A stretch of DNA of 64,000 nt from an uncultured Gemmatimonadales bacterium (GCA_963716255.1 OY970303.1:5632001-5696000), one strand, 5' to 3'. Numbered from the stretch's first letter, positions 43,260 through 53,719 are shown. The notes: generated by a model not told the origin, from the letters alone. Numbers and translations are program-made.

Positions 43260-44573
43260 ATGAGCCGAACGACCTCACGCCTCCTCCTGCTGGCGGCGCT
43301 CGCCGCCGCCGCGCCGCTGGGCGCGCAGGAGCGCGCCCACGTGTTCCGGGGCGCTACCCTCCTCCCCATCTCCTCCGCCCCCATCGCCAACGGCGTGCTG
43401 GTGGTGCGCGGCGGCAAGATCGTGGCGGTGGGCGGCCCCGACACCCCGGTCCCCGCGGGCGCCGAGGTCCACGACGTGTCCGGCAGGACCATCATGCCGG
43501 GGCTGGTGGACACCCACTCGCACATCGGCGGGGGCGACGGCGGCGACCAGTCGGCGCCGCTGCACCCCGCGGTGCGCATCCTGGACACCATCGACCCGCG
43601 GGACCCCGGGATCAAGCGTGCCCGCTCCGGCGGCGTCACCACCGTCAACGTCATGCCCGGCTCCGGGCTGCTGATGAGCGGCCAGACCGTCTACATGAAG
43701 CTGCGCGACGGCAACGCCGTGGACGACCTGCTCTTCTGCGCCGACCCGCTCCGCGACGTGTGCGGCGGGCTCAAGATGGCCAACGGCACCAACCCCCGCG
43801 GAACCGCTCCCCACCCCGGCACCCGCGCCCGCGCCGCCTCCATCGTCCGGGAGCGCTTCGTGCGGGCGCGCGAGTACCGCACGAAGGTGAACGCCGCCGG
43901 CAGGGACTCCACGAAGCTGCCGCCGCGCGACCTGGAGATGGAGGCGCTGGCGCAGGTGCTGGACGGAAGGCGCACCGTGCACTTCCACACCCATCGCGCC
44001 GACGACATCCTCACCGCGATGCGCCTGGCCGAGGAGTTCGGCTTCCGCGTCGTGCTCCACCACGTCACCGAGGCGCACCGCGTCGCCGACCGCATCGCCG
44101 CGGCCAGGGTCCCCGCCTCCATCATCGCCCTGGACGCCCCCGGCGGAAAGCTGGAGGCCGTCAACTTCAGCAACGTCAACGGCGCCGCGCTGGAGCGGGC
44201 CGGCGCGCCGCTCATCGCCTTCCACACCGACGACGGCATCACCGACTCGCGCTTCTTCCTGCGCTCCGCCGCCATGGGCGTGCGCGCCGGGATGTCGCGC
44301 GAGCGGGCGCTGGAGGCGCTGACGCTCGCCGGCGCGCGCATGCTGGACCTGCAGGACCGCGTGGGCTCGCTGGAGCGCGGCAAGGACGCCGACTTCCTCG
44401 TCCTGTCCGGCGACCCCTTCAGCGTCTACACCCACGTGGAGCAGACCTGGGTGGAGGGCTCCAGGCTGTTCGACCGCGCCGACCCCGAGCAGCGCAAGCT
44501 GGCCGTGGGCGGATACGGCGCCTACCGCGGCGCCCTGACGCACGTCCACGAGGGCGAGGAGGACCACGAATGA
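43260..44573 (+). CDS. Secreted amidohydrolase family protein
   Basis: Signal peptide; PGLVDTHSH, GSLERGKDAD. Confidence 0.9.
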   Translation: MSRTTSRLLLLAALAAAAPLGAQERAHVFRGATLLPISSAPIANGVLVVRGGKIVAVGGPDTPVPAGAEVHDVSGRTIMPGLVDTHSHIGGGDGGDQSAPLHPAVRILDTIDPRDPGIKRARSGGVTTVNVMPGSGLLMSGQTVYMKLRDGNAVDDLLFCADPLRDVCGGLKMANGTNPRGTAPHPGTRARAASIVRERFVRAREYRTKVNAAGRDSTKLPPRDLEMEALAQVLDGRRTVHFHTHRADDILTAMRLAEEFGFRVVLHHVTEAHRVADRIAAARVPASIIALDAPGGKLEAVNFSNVNGAALERAGAPLIAFHTDDGITDSRFFLRSAAMGVRAGMSRERALEALTLAGARMLDLQDRVGSLERGKDADFLVLSGDPFSVYTHVEQTWVEGSRLFDRADPEQRKLAVGGYGAYRGALTHVHEGEEDHE

Positions 44574-45778
44574 GCAGGCTCGCACCCCTCGCCGCCGTGC
44601 TGGCGGCCGCCCTCGCCGCGCCCGCGCTCCACGCCCAGCTCGCCGTCCGCGGTGAGACCGTGCACACCGTGTCCGGCCCTCCCATCCGAGACGGCGTGGT
44701 GCTGGTGCGCGACGGCAAGATCGAGCGCGTGGGCCCCGCCTCTCAGGTGCCCATTCCCGCCGGCTTCCGCGTCCTGACCGCCAAGGTGGTCACTCCCGGG
44801 CTGGTGGACGCGCACTCCGTGGTGGGGCTCGCCGGCATGCTGGGCCAGGGCGACGACCAGGACCAGCTGGACAAGACCGACGCCGTGCAGCCCGAGCTGC
44901 GCGCCGTGGACGCCTACAACGCCGCCGACCCGCTGGTGGCGTGGCTTCGCGGGCTGGGCGTCACCACCGTGCACACAGGGCACGGCCCCGGCGCCCTCGC
45001 CAGCGGGCAGACCATGGTGGTCAAGACCCGCGGCGACCACGTGGGCCAGGCGCTGGTGGACTCCGCCACCATGGTCGCCTTCACCCTGGGGCGCAGCGTC
45101 GCCGGCAACTTCCGCACGCCCGGCACCCGCGCCCGCGGCGTGTCCATGCTGCGCGCCGAGTTCCTCAAGGCCCGCGAGTACGAGCGCAAGCTCAGGGCGC
45201 CCGGCACGCCCCCCGCCCGCGACCTCCGGATGGAGGCGCTGCTGGAGGTGCTCCGCGGCCGCCGTCCCGCGCTCTTCACCGTCCAGCAGGCCCCCGAGAT
45301 CCTCGCCGCGCTCCGCCTGGCGAGGGAGTTCGGGTTCCGGCTGGTGCTGGACGGCGCCGCCGAAGCGTACCTGGTCGCCGACGAGATCCGCGCCGCCGGC
45401 GTCCCGGTGATCCTGCACCCCACCATGGTGCGCACCGGCGGCGAGACCGAGAACGCCTCCCTGGAAACCGCGAAGCTCCTCCGCGACGCCGGGATCCCCG
45501 TCGCCCTGCAGAGCGGCTTCGAGGGGTACGTCCCGAAGACGCGCGTGGTGCTCTTCGAGGCCGCCGTCGCCGCCGCCAACGGGCTGGGCGCGGACGCCGC
45601 CCTGCGCGCCGTCACCCTGGACGCCGCCCGCGTCATCGGCATGGAGCGGCGCGTGGGGTCGCTGGAGCCCGGCAAGGACGCCGACCTGGCGCTCTTCGAC
45701 GGCGACCCGTTCGAGTACACCTCGCACGTGTGCGGCGTGATCATCGAGGGGGCGGTGGTCAGCGAGACCTGCCGCTAG
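44570..45778 (+). CDS. Secreted amidohydrolase family protein (partner; incomplete HxH motif)
   Basis: PGLVDAHSV, GSLEPGKDAD; ATGA overlap. Confidence 0.88.
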   Translation: MSRLAPLAAVLAAALAAPALHAQLAVRGETVHTVSGPPIRDGVVLVRDGKIERVGPASQVPIPAGFRVLTAKVVTPGLVDAHSVVGLAGMLGQGDDQDQLDKTDAVQPELRAVDAYNAADPLVAWLRGLGVTTVHTGHGPGALASGQTMVVKTRGDHVGQALVDSATMVAFTLGRSVAGNFRTPGTRARGVSMLRAEFLKAREYERKLRAPGTPPARDLRMEALLEVLRGRRPALFTVQQAPEILAALRLAREFGFRLVLDGAAEAYLVADEIRAAGVPVILHPTMVRTGGETENASLETAKLLRDAGIPVALQSGFEGYVPKTRVVLFEAAVAAANGLGADAALRAVTLDAARVIGMERRVGSLEPGKDADLALFDGDPFEYTSHVCGVIIEGAVVSETCR

Positions 45779-45974
45779 ACGGCTGCTCCCATCCGTCTGC
45801 CAGGGTTGCAGTTGCGTCTGTCGCGCCGGCCGGCGCGCTTGCCGGAACGGCACGGATCGGCACCCGCGGAGTGGTCCCCGGCTTGCTCCTGACCGGTCGT
45901 CGCCGGGGCCGGGCGGCCCCGGCAAAGCGGACCACCAACCAGGAACCACAACCGGCGAAACGACGGAGGTAGCC

Positions 45975-46463
45975 ATGTCCATGACCCCCTACCGCACCAA
46001 CAGCGACCCCTTCGACCGCCTCTTCGACTCCCTGTGGGGGGCGTCCGGCGGCGGCAGCCGCGGCGGCTCGCTCATGCGTGCCCCCGAGACCGACGTGGTC
46101 GAGACCGAAAAGGAGATCCGCGTGGTCACCGAGATGCCCGGCCTGAAGCCGGACGACGTCGAGGTGGACGTGGAGAACAACGTCCTCACCATCCGCGGCG
46201 AGAAGCGCGAGGAGCGCTCCGAGGGCGAGGGCGGCAAGTACCACCTGGCCGAGCGTCGCTACGGCACCTTCGCGCGCTCCTTCGTGCTCCCGCGCGACGT
46301 GGACGCCGACCGCATCGAGGCCGCCTTCGACCAGGGCGTGCTCACCGTGCGCATTCCCAAGAGCGAGCGGGCCCAGCGCCGGCGGATCCAGGTGGGCGGC
46401 GGGGGTGGCCAGGAGCAGGGGGTGGAGGTCGGGAACGGCACCGGCAGGGAGGGGCAGGGCTGA
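45975..46463 (+). CDS. Hsp20/alpha-crystallin small heat-shock protein
   Basis: EMPGL, LTIRGEK, ERRYGTFARSF, GVLTVRIPK. Confidence 0.95.
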   Translation: MSMTPYRTNSDPFDRLFDSLWGASGGGSRGGSLMRAPETDVVETEKEIRVVTEMPGLKPDDVEVDVENNVLTIRGEKREERSEGEGGKYHLAERRYGTFARSFVLPRDVDADRIEAAFDQGVLTVRIPKSERAQRRRIQVGGGGGQEQGVEVGNGTGREGQG

Positions 46464-46470
46464 GTTCTTC

Positions 46471-46601
46471 GGGGCCGCTCCGGAACCAGGCCAAACAGCC
46501 GGCCTGTTTCCTGCGCGGGTCGCGGAGCCAGCGGAAACGGCCCCGCTGTCTCCGCTCCGGCTGCGGGAGCCTCACGCAAACAGCCGCGTGAGTCTCCCTC
46601 C
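46471..46601. repeat. Repeat family B, copy 3 (inverted)
   Basis: Three hairpins with AAAC(A/G)GCC loops. Confidence 0.85.
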
Positions 46602-46640
46602 GCAAAAGATTTTGAGGGATACTGCGGGAACAGACGAACG

Positions 46641-46682
46641 ACAAGGCGCCCCCACCGGGAGATCCCGATGGGGGCGCCTTGT
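46641..46682. terminator. Probable bidirectional terminator
   Basis: ACAAGGCGCCCCCA...TGGGGGCGCCTTGT between convergent genes. Confidence 0.7.
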
Positions 46683-46720
46683 TGTGGTTCGTATCGTCGT
46701 TGCAGGCTATTCCCTGTTCC

Positions 46721-47002
46721 CTATTCCCTGTCGTCCTCTTCCTCGGCCGGCGCCAGCACCTCCCTCGCCTCCTCCAGGCACTCCCGCGGCACCATCACCG
46801 TGATCCCCCGGTTGCTGGGGCCCATCCACCCCGGGCCGAAGATGGCCACGTGCTCCGTGCCCTGGACGTGCGCGGGGATCCCGGCGCTCTCCAGCGTCGC
46901 CCGGGCGAACTCCGCCTCGTACACCATCCCGTAGGTCGCCACCGGCACCCACCCGCCACCCTCCGCGGGGTCGTCCGGCTCGTGCTCGTCCGCGTATGCC
47001 AT
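46721..47002 (-). CDS. DUF2007-like small protein
   Basis: WVPVATY...EAEFARATLESAGIP...VMVPRECLEEAREVL. Confidence 0.8.
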   Translation of the reverse strand: MAYADEHEPDDPAEGGGWVPVATYGMVYEAEFARATLESAGIPAHVQGTEHVAIFGPGWMGPSNRGITVMVPRECLEEAREVLAPAEEEDDRE

Positions 47003-47031
47003 GCGTGCTCCCGGGGGCGGCGCGCCGCGCG

Positions 47032-47916
47032 TCAGTGCTGGGCCCCGCCGGGGCTGAAGAGGCCGTTCGCGTCCTGCACGCGCCGGATCACCGTCACGCC
47101 GTGCACGGGCACCTCCGGGACCGCCTCGGGGATCCCCATTCCCCCCATCACCACCCCCGTCCTCGCCGGCGAGAGCCTGCGCAGGCGCTTCGCCAGCCCC
47201 ACGCAGTCGGCGCGCGACTGCGGAAAGATCACCGAGGTGCAGAGCATGGCCGGGCGGCGCTCCGCCAGCGTCTCCTCCAGGTCCTCGAAGGGGACGTCCG
47301 CCCCCAGGTAGGTCACCCGCCACCCGCGCGCCGCCAGGTGCACCGCCACCCCCATGAGCCCCAGCTCGTGGCGCTCCCCGGGGATCCCCGCGAGCACCAC
47401 CTCCGGGCCGTCCGCCGGGGCCGTGCCCAGGAAGCCCAGCATCCAGTCCAGCTTCTCGCGGACGAACACCGAGGCGAAGTGCTCCTGCGTCACCGTCGCC
47501 TCGCCGTGCTCCCACATCTCGCCCACGCGGCGCAGCAGCGGCATCAGCACCTCCTCCACGCGGTCCGCGAAGCAGAGCGTGGGCAGGCGCTCGTACAGCC
47601 GGTCCGCGGCGCCGCGGTCGAAGTCCAGGAGGGCGGCGAGGATGGCGTCCCGCACGGCGTCCGTGGAGGCAGCCGCCTCGGGGAGCGCGGGGACCTCCTC
47701 GCCGCGCTGCAGGATCGCCACCGCCTCGCCCACCTTGAGGCCGCGGTCCAGCAGCGCCTTGACCCGCGCGATGGTGTCCACGTCCTGGTCGGAATAGACA
47801 CGGTAGCCGCCGGCGGTGCGTTGCGGCGACACCAGCCGGTAGCGCCGCTCCCAGGCCCTCAGCGTGGCGGTGTTGATCCCCGTCAGCGCGGCCACGCTCT
47901 TGATCCGGTAGCTCAT
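47032..47916 (-). CDS. MerR-family regulator with a cobalamin-binding domain (CarH/LitR-like)
   Basis: TLRAWERRY HTH; W-x9-EH (WEHGEATVTQEH); PGERHELG. Confidence 0.9.
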   Translation of the reverse strand: MSYRIKSVAALTGINTATLRAWERRYRLVSPQRTAGGYRVYSDQDVDTIARVKALLDRGLKVGEAVAILQRGEEVPALPEAAASTDAVRDAILAALLDFDRGAADRLYERLPTLCFADRVEEVLMPLLRRVGEMWEHGEATVTQEHFASVFVREKLDWMLGFLGTAPADGPEVVLAGIPGERHELGLMGVAVHLAARGWRVTYLGADVPFEDLEETLAERRPAMLCTSVIFPQSRADCVGLAKRLRRLSPARTGVVMGGMGIPEAVPEVPVHGVTVIRRVQDANGLFSPGGAQH

Positions 47917-48145
47917 CCCTGGTGGCGTCCTGTACGCGTTGCCGCGGAGCCGATCCGCGAAAAAAACAGAGCCTGCCGCCGCGAGGGCCTGCGGCCGAAA
48001 TCAAATATTTAGAGTTCTACAAAGGTTAGCCGCAAAGGCGGCATCCACGCAAGATGCTGCCTTTGCGTCAAAAGGTCCACCTCCATGCAGCGGCGCCCGG
48101 GACCGCGCCGCGGCCCCGGGCGTCGTTCGTCCCCGCCGGCCGGGA

Positions 48146-48853
48146 TCAGTCGCGGTTGCCGAGCAGCGCCACGTCCACCGAGCGCAGCGGGCGCCCCGCG
48201 CCCAGCGTGTCCATCACCCGCTCCGGCGAGGGGCCGTAGCGCAGCTTCACCGCCCGCATCCCCAGCAGCAGGTTCACGGTGAGCAGCGTCCCCGGCACCT
48301 CCGTTCCCGACAGCATCCCGGCGAGCTGGTCTGCGGCGCCCTCGGTGAAGTTCTTCGCCACGATCACCAGCGCGTCCGGCATCTCCTCCACGGCCGCCTG
48401 CACCGTCCGCCTGGCCTCGCCGCCCAGCGAGAAGGCCACCTGCGGGTACGCCAGGACGATCCCTTCGCGCTCGGCGCCGCGGAAGCGGATCGCCGGCTCC
48501 GGCCCCACCTCGGCGACCTCGCCGCTCCCCGTGAGGTCCTCCACCACGTAGCGAACCACGCCGCGGAACTCGTCCGCCGCGGCCACGCCCTTGAGCGCCA
48601 GGCGGCGCACGTTGTCGGCGAAGTGGCGGTCGGCGTCGAAGTCGCGGAACCAGGGGAGCAGGCGCGCCGCGGTCTCCCGGTCCACCCCGCCGGTGGCCTC
48701 GATCGCGTCCAGCAGCGCGCTCCCCGCCAGGTGCGGCTCGCGCGCGGCGACCGTCCGGAGCGCCCGGGCCATGCGGGCGTGGGGGTTCTCCCGCGCCGAG
48801 CCGTGCGGCAGCCCCCGGGGGGCGGGGAGGGGAAGGTTTCCGAACCAGATCAT
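48146..48853 (-). CDS. Hypothetical protein
   Basis: Typical codon usage; start MIWFGNLP assumed. Confidence 0.7.
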   Translation of the reverse strand: MIWFGNLPLPAPRGLPHGSARENPHARMARALRTVAAREPHLAGSALLDAIEATGGVDRETAARLLPWFRDFDADRHFADNVRRLALKGVAAADEFRGVVRYVVEDLTGSGEVAEVGPEPAIRFRGAEREGIVLAYPQVAFSLGGEARRTVQAAVEEMPDALVIVAKNFTEGAADQLAGMLSGTEVPGTLLTVNLLLGMRAVKLRYGPSPERVMDTLGAGRPLRSVDVALLGNRD

Positions 48854-49011
48854 CGAACCTCTCGTGATGAACGGATGGAGTGTGGCCTGGACGATGGCCA
48901 AACCGCCCGGGATCGTCAAGACGCCCGGGAGCGCCGCCACGGCTTGACACCGGGGGCTCCGGGCGCATCTTGGTACCCTGAAAGCCACCCGGGACCCATG
49001 CAGGAGACGCC

Positions 49012-49602
49012 GTGCACCGACCTCTGGGGATCGCGCTCTGCGCGACGATGCTGCTCGCCGCCTGCAAGATCGAGCGGACGCCGCGCCAGTTCTACTCGCA
49101 GCGCGACCCCGCCGCCACCGAGCGGGAACTGTTCGAGGCCGAGCTCACCGACCGGGTCGCGGCCATGGGCCCCGCGCTGGACCGCGGCGACACCGGGGGC
49201 GCGGTGTTCGCCCTGTCGCCCGCGCCGGACGCCTACGTGATCGGGCCCGGGGGCGGGAATCCCGCCCTCGGGCCCGAGGGACTCGCCGAAGTGCTCCGCT
49301 CGGTGCGCGACACCGTACCCGCCGCGGTGCGCCTGGACGGAGTGCGCGTGGCCTTCGGGCCCCGCGCCCAGACCGCCTGGGTGGCCGCGGGGGTGGAGGT
49401 CACGCCCACCGGGCCCGCGGCGGCCGGCGCGGCGCCCGACACCCTGCGCTTCACCGGCGTCTACCAGCGAGTGCGGGGCGAATGGCTGCTGATGCAGGCC
49501 CACCTGTCCCGCCGCTTCACTCCTCCGGCTGCGCCCGCGCCGAGTCCGGCCGACTCGGCTCCGCCGGAAGCCGCATCACCGGAACCGGCTCCTCCCACCT
49601 GA
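49012..49602 (+). CDS. Lipoprotein with a SnoaL/NTF2-like domain
   Basis: MLLAAC lipobox; RFTGVYQRVRGEWLLMQAHLS. Confidence 0.8.
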   Translation: MHRPLGIALCATMLLAACKIERTPRQFYSQRDPAATERELFEAELTDRVAAMGPALDRGDTGGAVFALSPAPDAYVIGPGGGNPALGPEGLAEVLRSVRDTVPAAVRLDGVRVAFGPRAQTAWVAAGVEVTPTGPAAAGAAPDTLRFTGVYQRVRGEWLLMQAHLSRRFTPPAAPAPSPADSAPPEAASPEPAPPT

Positions 49603-50377
49603 ACGGCCGCGACATGGGCGGATAGTCCGCCCCCGGCTGAAAGGCCAGCGGCTCGTCCAGCGCCGCGCGGTACGCCGCCGCGTCGATCTCCCCCGCATCC
49701 AGCATGCTCCGGAGCACCTCGTTCCGGCGCGCCCCCACCGCCCCCGGCGCCCGCTCCGGGTCCTCGATGCGCGGGCGCAGCAGGAGTCCCGCCAGCGTCG
49801 CCGTCTCCCCCAGCGTCAGCTGCCGCGGGTCCTTCTGGAAGAACTCGCGCGCCGCGTGGAACACCCCGTACACCGGGTAGCGCCCGCTCCTCCCGAAGTA
49901 GACGCGGTTCAGGTACAATTCCAGCAGGTCGCGGCGGGAAACGCGGTTCTCCAGCAGCGGCGCCATCAGCAGGCCGCGCGCTTCGCCGGGGAGGTCGTCG
50001 CCCAGCAGGTGCACCTGCTGCACCAGGTCGCGCGGCAGGGTGACGCCCGGCGCGTCGGTGTCCAGCGGCTCGCGCGCGGGGAAGCCCGGGTCCACCACCG
50101 CCACCACCATGCGCGGCAGGGCGGGGGGGAGCCGGTCCAGCGCCACCCAGTCCGGGCGCCGCTCCGCCTCGGCGCGCTGCCGGAGGATGCCCCCGCGGAC
50201 CTGGCGGTCCATCTCCCACCCGAACCCCACCACCCCGCCCAGGAGCAGGAACCCGAGCGCCAGCAGGAACAGGATCTCCTTGCGGCGCTCCCCCTGCGGC
50301 GACCCCGGCGCCGGGCGGCGCGCCCAGCGCCCCGGCCTGGGCGCGCCGCCGAGGCGCTTCCCCTTCGCGGCCTTCAC
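49517..50377 (-). CDS. Transglycosylase (GT51)-like membrane protein, degenerate
   Basis: One TM; LELYLNRVYFG, GVFHAAREFFQK, LTLGETATLAGL, RRNEVLRSM; start uncertain. Confidence 0.8.
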   Translation of the reverse strand: MKAAKGKRLGGAPRPGRWARRPAPGSPQGERRKEILFLLALGFLLLGGVVGFGWEMDRQVRGGILRQRAEAERRPDWVALDRLPPALPRMVVAVVDPGFPAREPLDTDAPGVTLPRDLVQQVHLLGDDLPGEARGLLMAPLLENRVSRRDLLELYLNRVYFGRSGRYPVYGVFHAAREFFQKDPRQLTLGETATLAGLLLRPRIEDPERAPGAVGARRNEVLRSMLDAGEIDAAAYRAALDEPLAFQPGADYPPMSRPFRWEEPVPVMRLPAEPSRPDSARAQPEE

Positions 50378-50626
50378 GTTCGGTCTCCGCGGGGTGCCGC
50401 GCGTCGCAGGGTCGTCATCTCGGGCAGGTCTCTCCAGGTGGAAGTCGTGGCGGCCGGCCCGCGGCGGGTGGCGCGGCCGTCCCGGGGGGCGGGGCAAAAA
50501 CTATTCCCCGCACGCCTCCAAAGCGAGCCCCGGGGCCGGCTTCGCGGTTGCGGCGGGCGGGCCGTGCCGTTAGCGTTGAGGCTCCCCGGCCCGCCCGGGA
50601 GCCACCCGGCACGTCCGCAGGAACTC

Positions 50627-51883
50627 ATGGAGCAAACGTACTTTCGCCGCGGCTTCGGGCTCAAGCGCGCCATCGAGCCGCTGATCCAGGCCGACTATCA
50701 CAGCGGGCTCGTGGACCGTATCCGCGCCCGCGGCTACGAAGAAAGCTTCGGCGACGGCGACCTGCGGGTCACCGTGCGCCTGGCCGAGGAGTTCGGCTTC
50801 TGCTACGGCGTGGACCGTGCCGTGGACTACGCCTACGAGACACGCACCCAGTTCCCCGACCGGCGCATCTTCCTGGTGGGGGAGATCATCCACAACCCGC
50901 ACGTCAACCGGCGGCTGGTGGAGATGGGCGTCGTCTTCCTCTACGCCGACGCGCAGGGCGAGTTCGACTTTGCCGCCCTGACGCCCGAGGACGTGGTGAT
51001 CCTCCCCGCCTTCGGGGTGACGGTGGGCGACTTCGCGCGGCTCCGCGAGACCGGCTGCATCCTGGTGGACACCACCTGCGGCAGCGTGCTCAACGTGTGG
51101 AAGCGGGTGGAGCAGTACGCGCGCGACGGCTTCACCGCGCTGATCCACGGCAAGTACTACCACGAGGAGACACGCGCCACCGCCAGCCAGGTGTTCCGCC
51201 ACCCGGGCGGCGCGTTCGTCATCGTCCGCGACATGGCCGAGGCGCGGCTGGTGATGGACTACATCGAGGGCGCGCCGGCCGCCCTCCCGCGCGAGGCGTT
51301 CCTGGCGCACTTCCGCGACAAGGCGTCGCCCGGCTTCGACCCGGACGTGCACCTGGCCCGCATCGGCGTCGCCAACCAGACGACCATGCTCGCCGGCGAC
51401 TCGCTGGCCATCGGCGCCGAGGTCGCCGAGTCGCTGGAGCGCCGCTACGGCGCCGAGCCGGGGTACGCGCCCGGCGACCGCTTCCGCTCCTTCGACACCA
51501 TCTGCTCCGCCACCCAGGAGCGGCAGGACGCGGTGGTGAAGCTGGTGGCCGGGCCGCAGGGCCCGCCCGACCTGATGCTGGTGGTGGGCGGCTACAACTC
51601 GTCCAACACCAACCACCTGGCCGTTCTCTGCGCGCGCCACACCCCCACCTTCCACATCGCCGACGCCGGCTGCATCGACGCGGAGGCGGGGACCATCCGC
51701 TTCAAGCCCAACGGCAGCCCCTTCGACACCCCCGAGATGGTGGCGGAGGACTGGCTCCCTTCCGGCCCGGTGAGCATCGGGATCACGGCGGGCGCGTCCA
51801 CCCCCAACAACAAGGTGGGCGAGACGGTGGAGCTCATCCTGCGGACGCGCGGGATCGAGGCGGAGCTGGCCGCGGCGGTGTAG
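50627..51883 (+). CDS. ispH: 4-hydroxy-3-methylbut-2-enyl diphosphate reductase
   Basis: FGFCYGVDRA, EIIHNPHV, DTTC, DTICSATQERQ, SSNT, ITAGASTP. Confidence 0.95.
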   Translation: MEQTYFRRGFGLKRAIEPLIQADYHSGLVDRIRARGYEESFGDGDLRVTVRLAEEFGFCYGVDRAVDYAYETRTQFPDRRIFLVGEIIHNPHVNRRLVEMGVVFLYADAQGEFDFAALTPEDVVILPAFGVTVGDFARLRETGCILVDTTCGSVLNVWKRVEQYARDGFTALIHGKYYHEETRATASQVFRHPGGAFVIVRDMAEARLVMDYIEGAPAALPREAFLAHFRDKASPGFDPDVHLARIGVANQTTMLAGDSLAIGAEVAESLERRYGAEPGYAPGDRFRSFDTICSATQERQDAVVKLVAGPQGPPDLMLVVGGYNSSNTNHLAVLCARHTPTFHIADAGCIDAEAGTIRFKPNGSPFDTPEMVAEDWLPSGPVSIGITAGASTPNNKVGETVELILRTRGIEAELAAAV

Positions 51884-51976
51884 GCGCCGTTCCGGGCGGG
51901 CATGGACGGCGGCGGGGCGGCACCCTCACAAGGGTGCCGCCCCGCTTCGTATCGCCCGTGCTCCGGCCCCGACCGC

Positions 51977-53623
51977 CTAGACGACCGCTTCGGCGGCATC
52001 GTGCGGAGTCTCCGAGTGCGCGCCCCGCGCGCGCTCGGCCAGCTCCGGGTACAGCCGGCGGAAGATCTCGAAGAGGGCCGGGTCGAACGAGCCGTAGTCG
52101 TCCTCCATGATCGCGTAGGCCTGCTCCGGGGAGAGCGGCTTGCGATAGCTCCGCGCGGTGGTGAGCGCGTCGAAGATGTCGGCGATGCGGAGGATGCGGG
52201 CGGTGAAGGGGATCGCCTCTCCCACCAGGCGGTCGGGGTAGCCGGTGCCGTCCCAGCGCTCGTGGTGCGAGCGGACGATGGGGCGGATGTCCCAGGGGAA
52301 CTCCACCGGCGCCAGCATCTCGTCGCCGATCACCGTGTGCCGCTCCATGATCAGGCGCTCCTCGTCCGTGAGGCGCCCCGGCTTGTTCAGGATCTCGGCC
52401 GGGACCTCCATCTTTCCCACGTCGTGGAGGAAGGCCCCCATGCGGAACCAGGTGATGTCGTGCTCCGCGATCCCCGCCTCCTCCGCGATGCGGCAGGCGT
52501 AGTCGGCGACCCTCTGGCAGTGGCCGCCCGTGTACCGGTCCTTCGCCTCGATCGACTCGCCCCAGCTCCGCACCAGCGACAGGAAATCCCCTTCCAGCGT
52601 GGAGATGCGCCGCGTGACGTCGGCCTGGTCGTGCTGCGCCTGGAGGTTCTTGAACAGCGCGTGGGAGCGGTTCAGGGCGACCAGGGCCTCCCGGTTCTTG
52701 CCCTGCGCACGCAGCGCCAGACCGAGCTCCCGCTGCACTTCGGCCTCGAGGAGGGGGCCGTGGTTGGCCGCGAGCCGGATGGCCTGCCTGAGGTGGATCT
52801 CGGCGAGGTGAGGCTTGCCGGTCTCGCGATAGATGATCCCGTAGAACTTGAGCGCTTCGGACTTGCCGAAATCGTCGTTGAGACGACTCGAGATCTCGAA
52901 CCCTTCGTCACAGCTCGCCCGGGCCTTTTCCGGCTCTCCCAGCGCGAGAAACAGCTCCGTGCGGTTGATGTGGACGATGGCCGCGGTCGCGATCTCCCCG
53001 ACCCGGGAGCATAGCTCGAGGGCCCGCCGGAAGTAGCCGTCGGCCTCGTCCAGCTGGAGCAGGTCGACGTGCAGCATCCCCAGGTTGTTCAGGACTCTCG
53101 CCTGGCCCAGTTCGCTTCCGGGGTGCTCGCTTCCGACGCCCTCGCTTCCGGCGCGCTCCAGGTGGGCGAGGCCGGCGAGATAACGGCGAAGCGCCTCGTC
53201 GAGGTCGCCCTGGATGTTGGCGATGATCCCCAGGTTCTGCTCGATCTCGCCGAGCACGGTCTCGTTTCCCTGGCGGACCGCGTAGCTCCTGGCCATCAGG
53301 TACGTCTGCTTGGCCTCGTTGATCTCACCCTGGTTCTGCTGCAGGATCGCGATCCCGTTCAGGGCACGTCCGGCGAACAGGCAGTCCCCGCGGAGCTCGG
53401 CGATCTCGAACGCGAGACCGAAATATTCCTCCGCGACCTCGGCGATGCCGGCCTTGCGGTAGCAGTGCCCGAGACGCGTGATCACTTCCAGCAGGGCCTG
53501 TTCGTCCCGGGAAGCGATCGTCTGGCGGTATGCCAGCTCGTACGAAAGAATTGCGGGGCTCCATTGTCCGGCACGCTCCTCTACCGTGGCCCGGGCAATG
53601 AGGTTGGATGCTTCAGGGGTCAT
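51977..53623 (-). CDS. TPR-repeat plus HD-GYP phosphodiesterase
   Basis: TPRs (ALNGIA, EQNLGII, VLNNLGML); HDVGK, HHERWDGTGYP, IADIFDAL. Confidence 0.92.
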   Translation of the reverse strand: MTPEASNLIARATVEERAGQWSPAILSYELAYRQTIASRDEQALLEVITRLGHCYRKAGIAEVAEEYFGLAFEIAELRGDCLFAGRALNGIAILQQNQGEINEAKQTYLMARSYAVRQGNETVLGEIEQNLGIIANIQGDLDEALRRYLAGLAHLERAGSEGVGSEHPGSELGQARVLNNLGMLHVDLLQLDEADGYFRRALELCSRVGEIATAAIVHINRTELFLALGEPEKARASCDEGFEISSRLNDDFGKSEALKFYGIIYRETGKPHLAEIHLRQAIRLAANHGPLLEAEVQRELGLALRAQGKNREALVALNRSHALFKNLQAQHDQADVTRRISTLEGDFLSLVRSWGESIEAKDRYTGGHCQRVADYACRIAEEAGIAEHDITWFRMGAFLHDVGKMEVPAEILNKPGRLTDEERLIMERHTVIGDEMLAPVEFPWDIRPIVRSHHERWDGTGYPDRLVGEAIPFTARILRIADIFDALTTARSYRKPLSPEQAYAIMEDDYGSFDPALFEIFRRLYPELAERARGAHSETPHDAAEAVV

Positions 53624-53719
53624 TAGGCTGCGAGTCTCCCCGCCGGTTTCGCAACAAAACGCGGCAGAGGGGCCCCCGCGATCCGGGTGCCCCTCCAGTG
53701 GAGACCGACTGGTGTTGCT

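Noticed and set aside
53110..53152. GSE triplet repeat inside the TPR-HD-GYP gene
   Set aside because: Short in-frame loop expansion with no evidence of function
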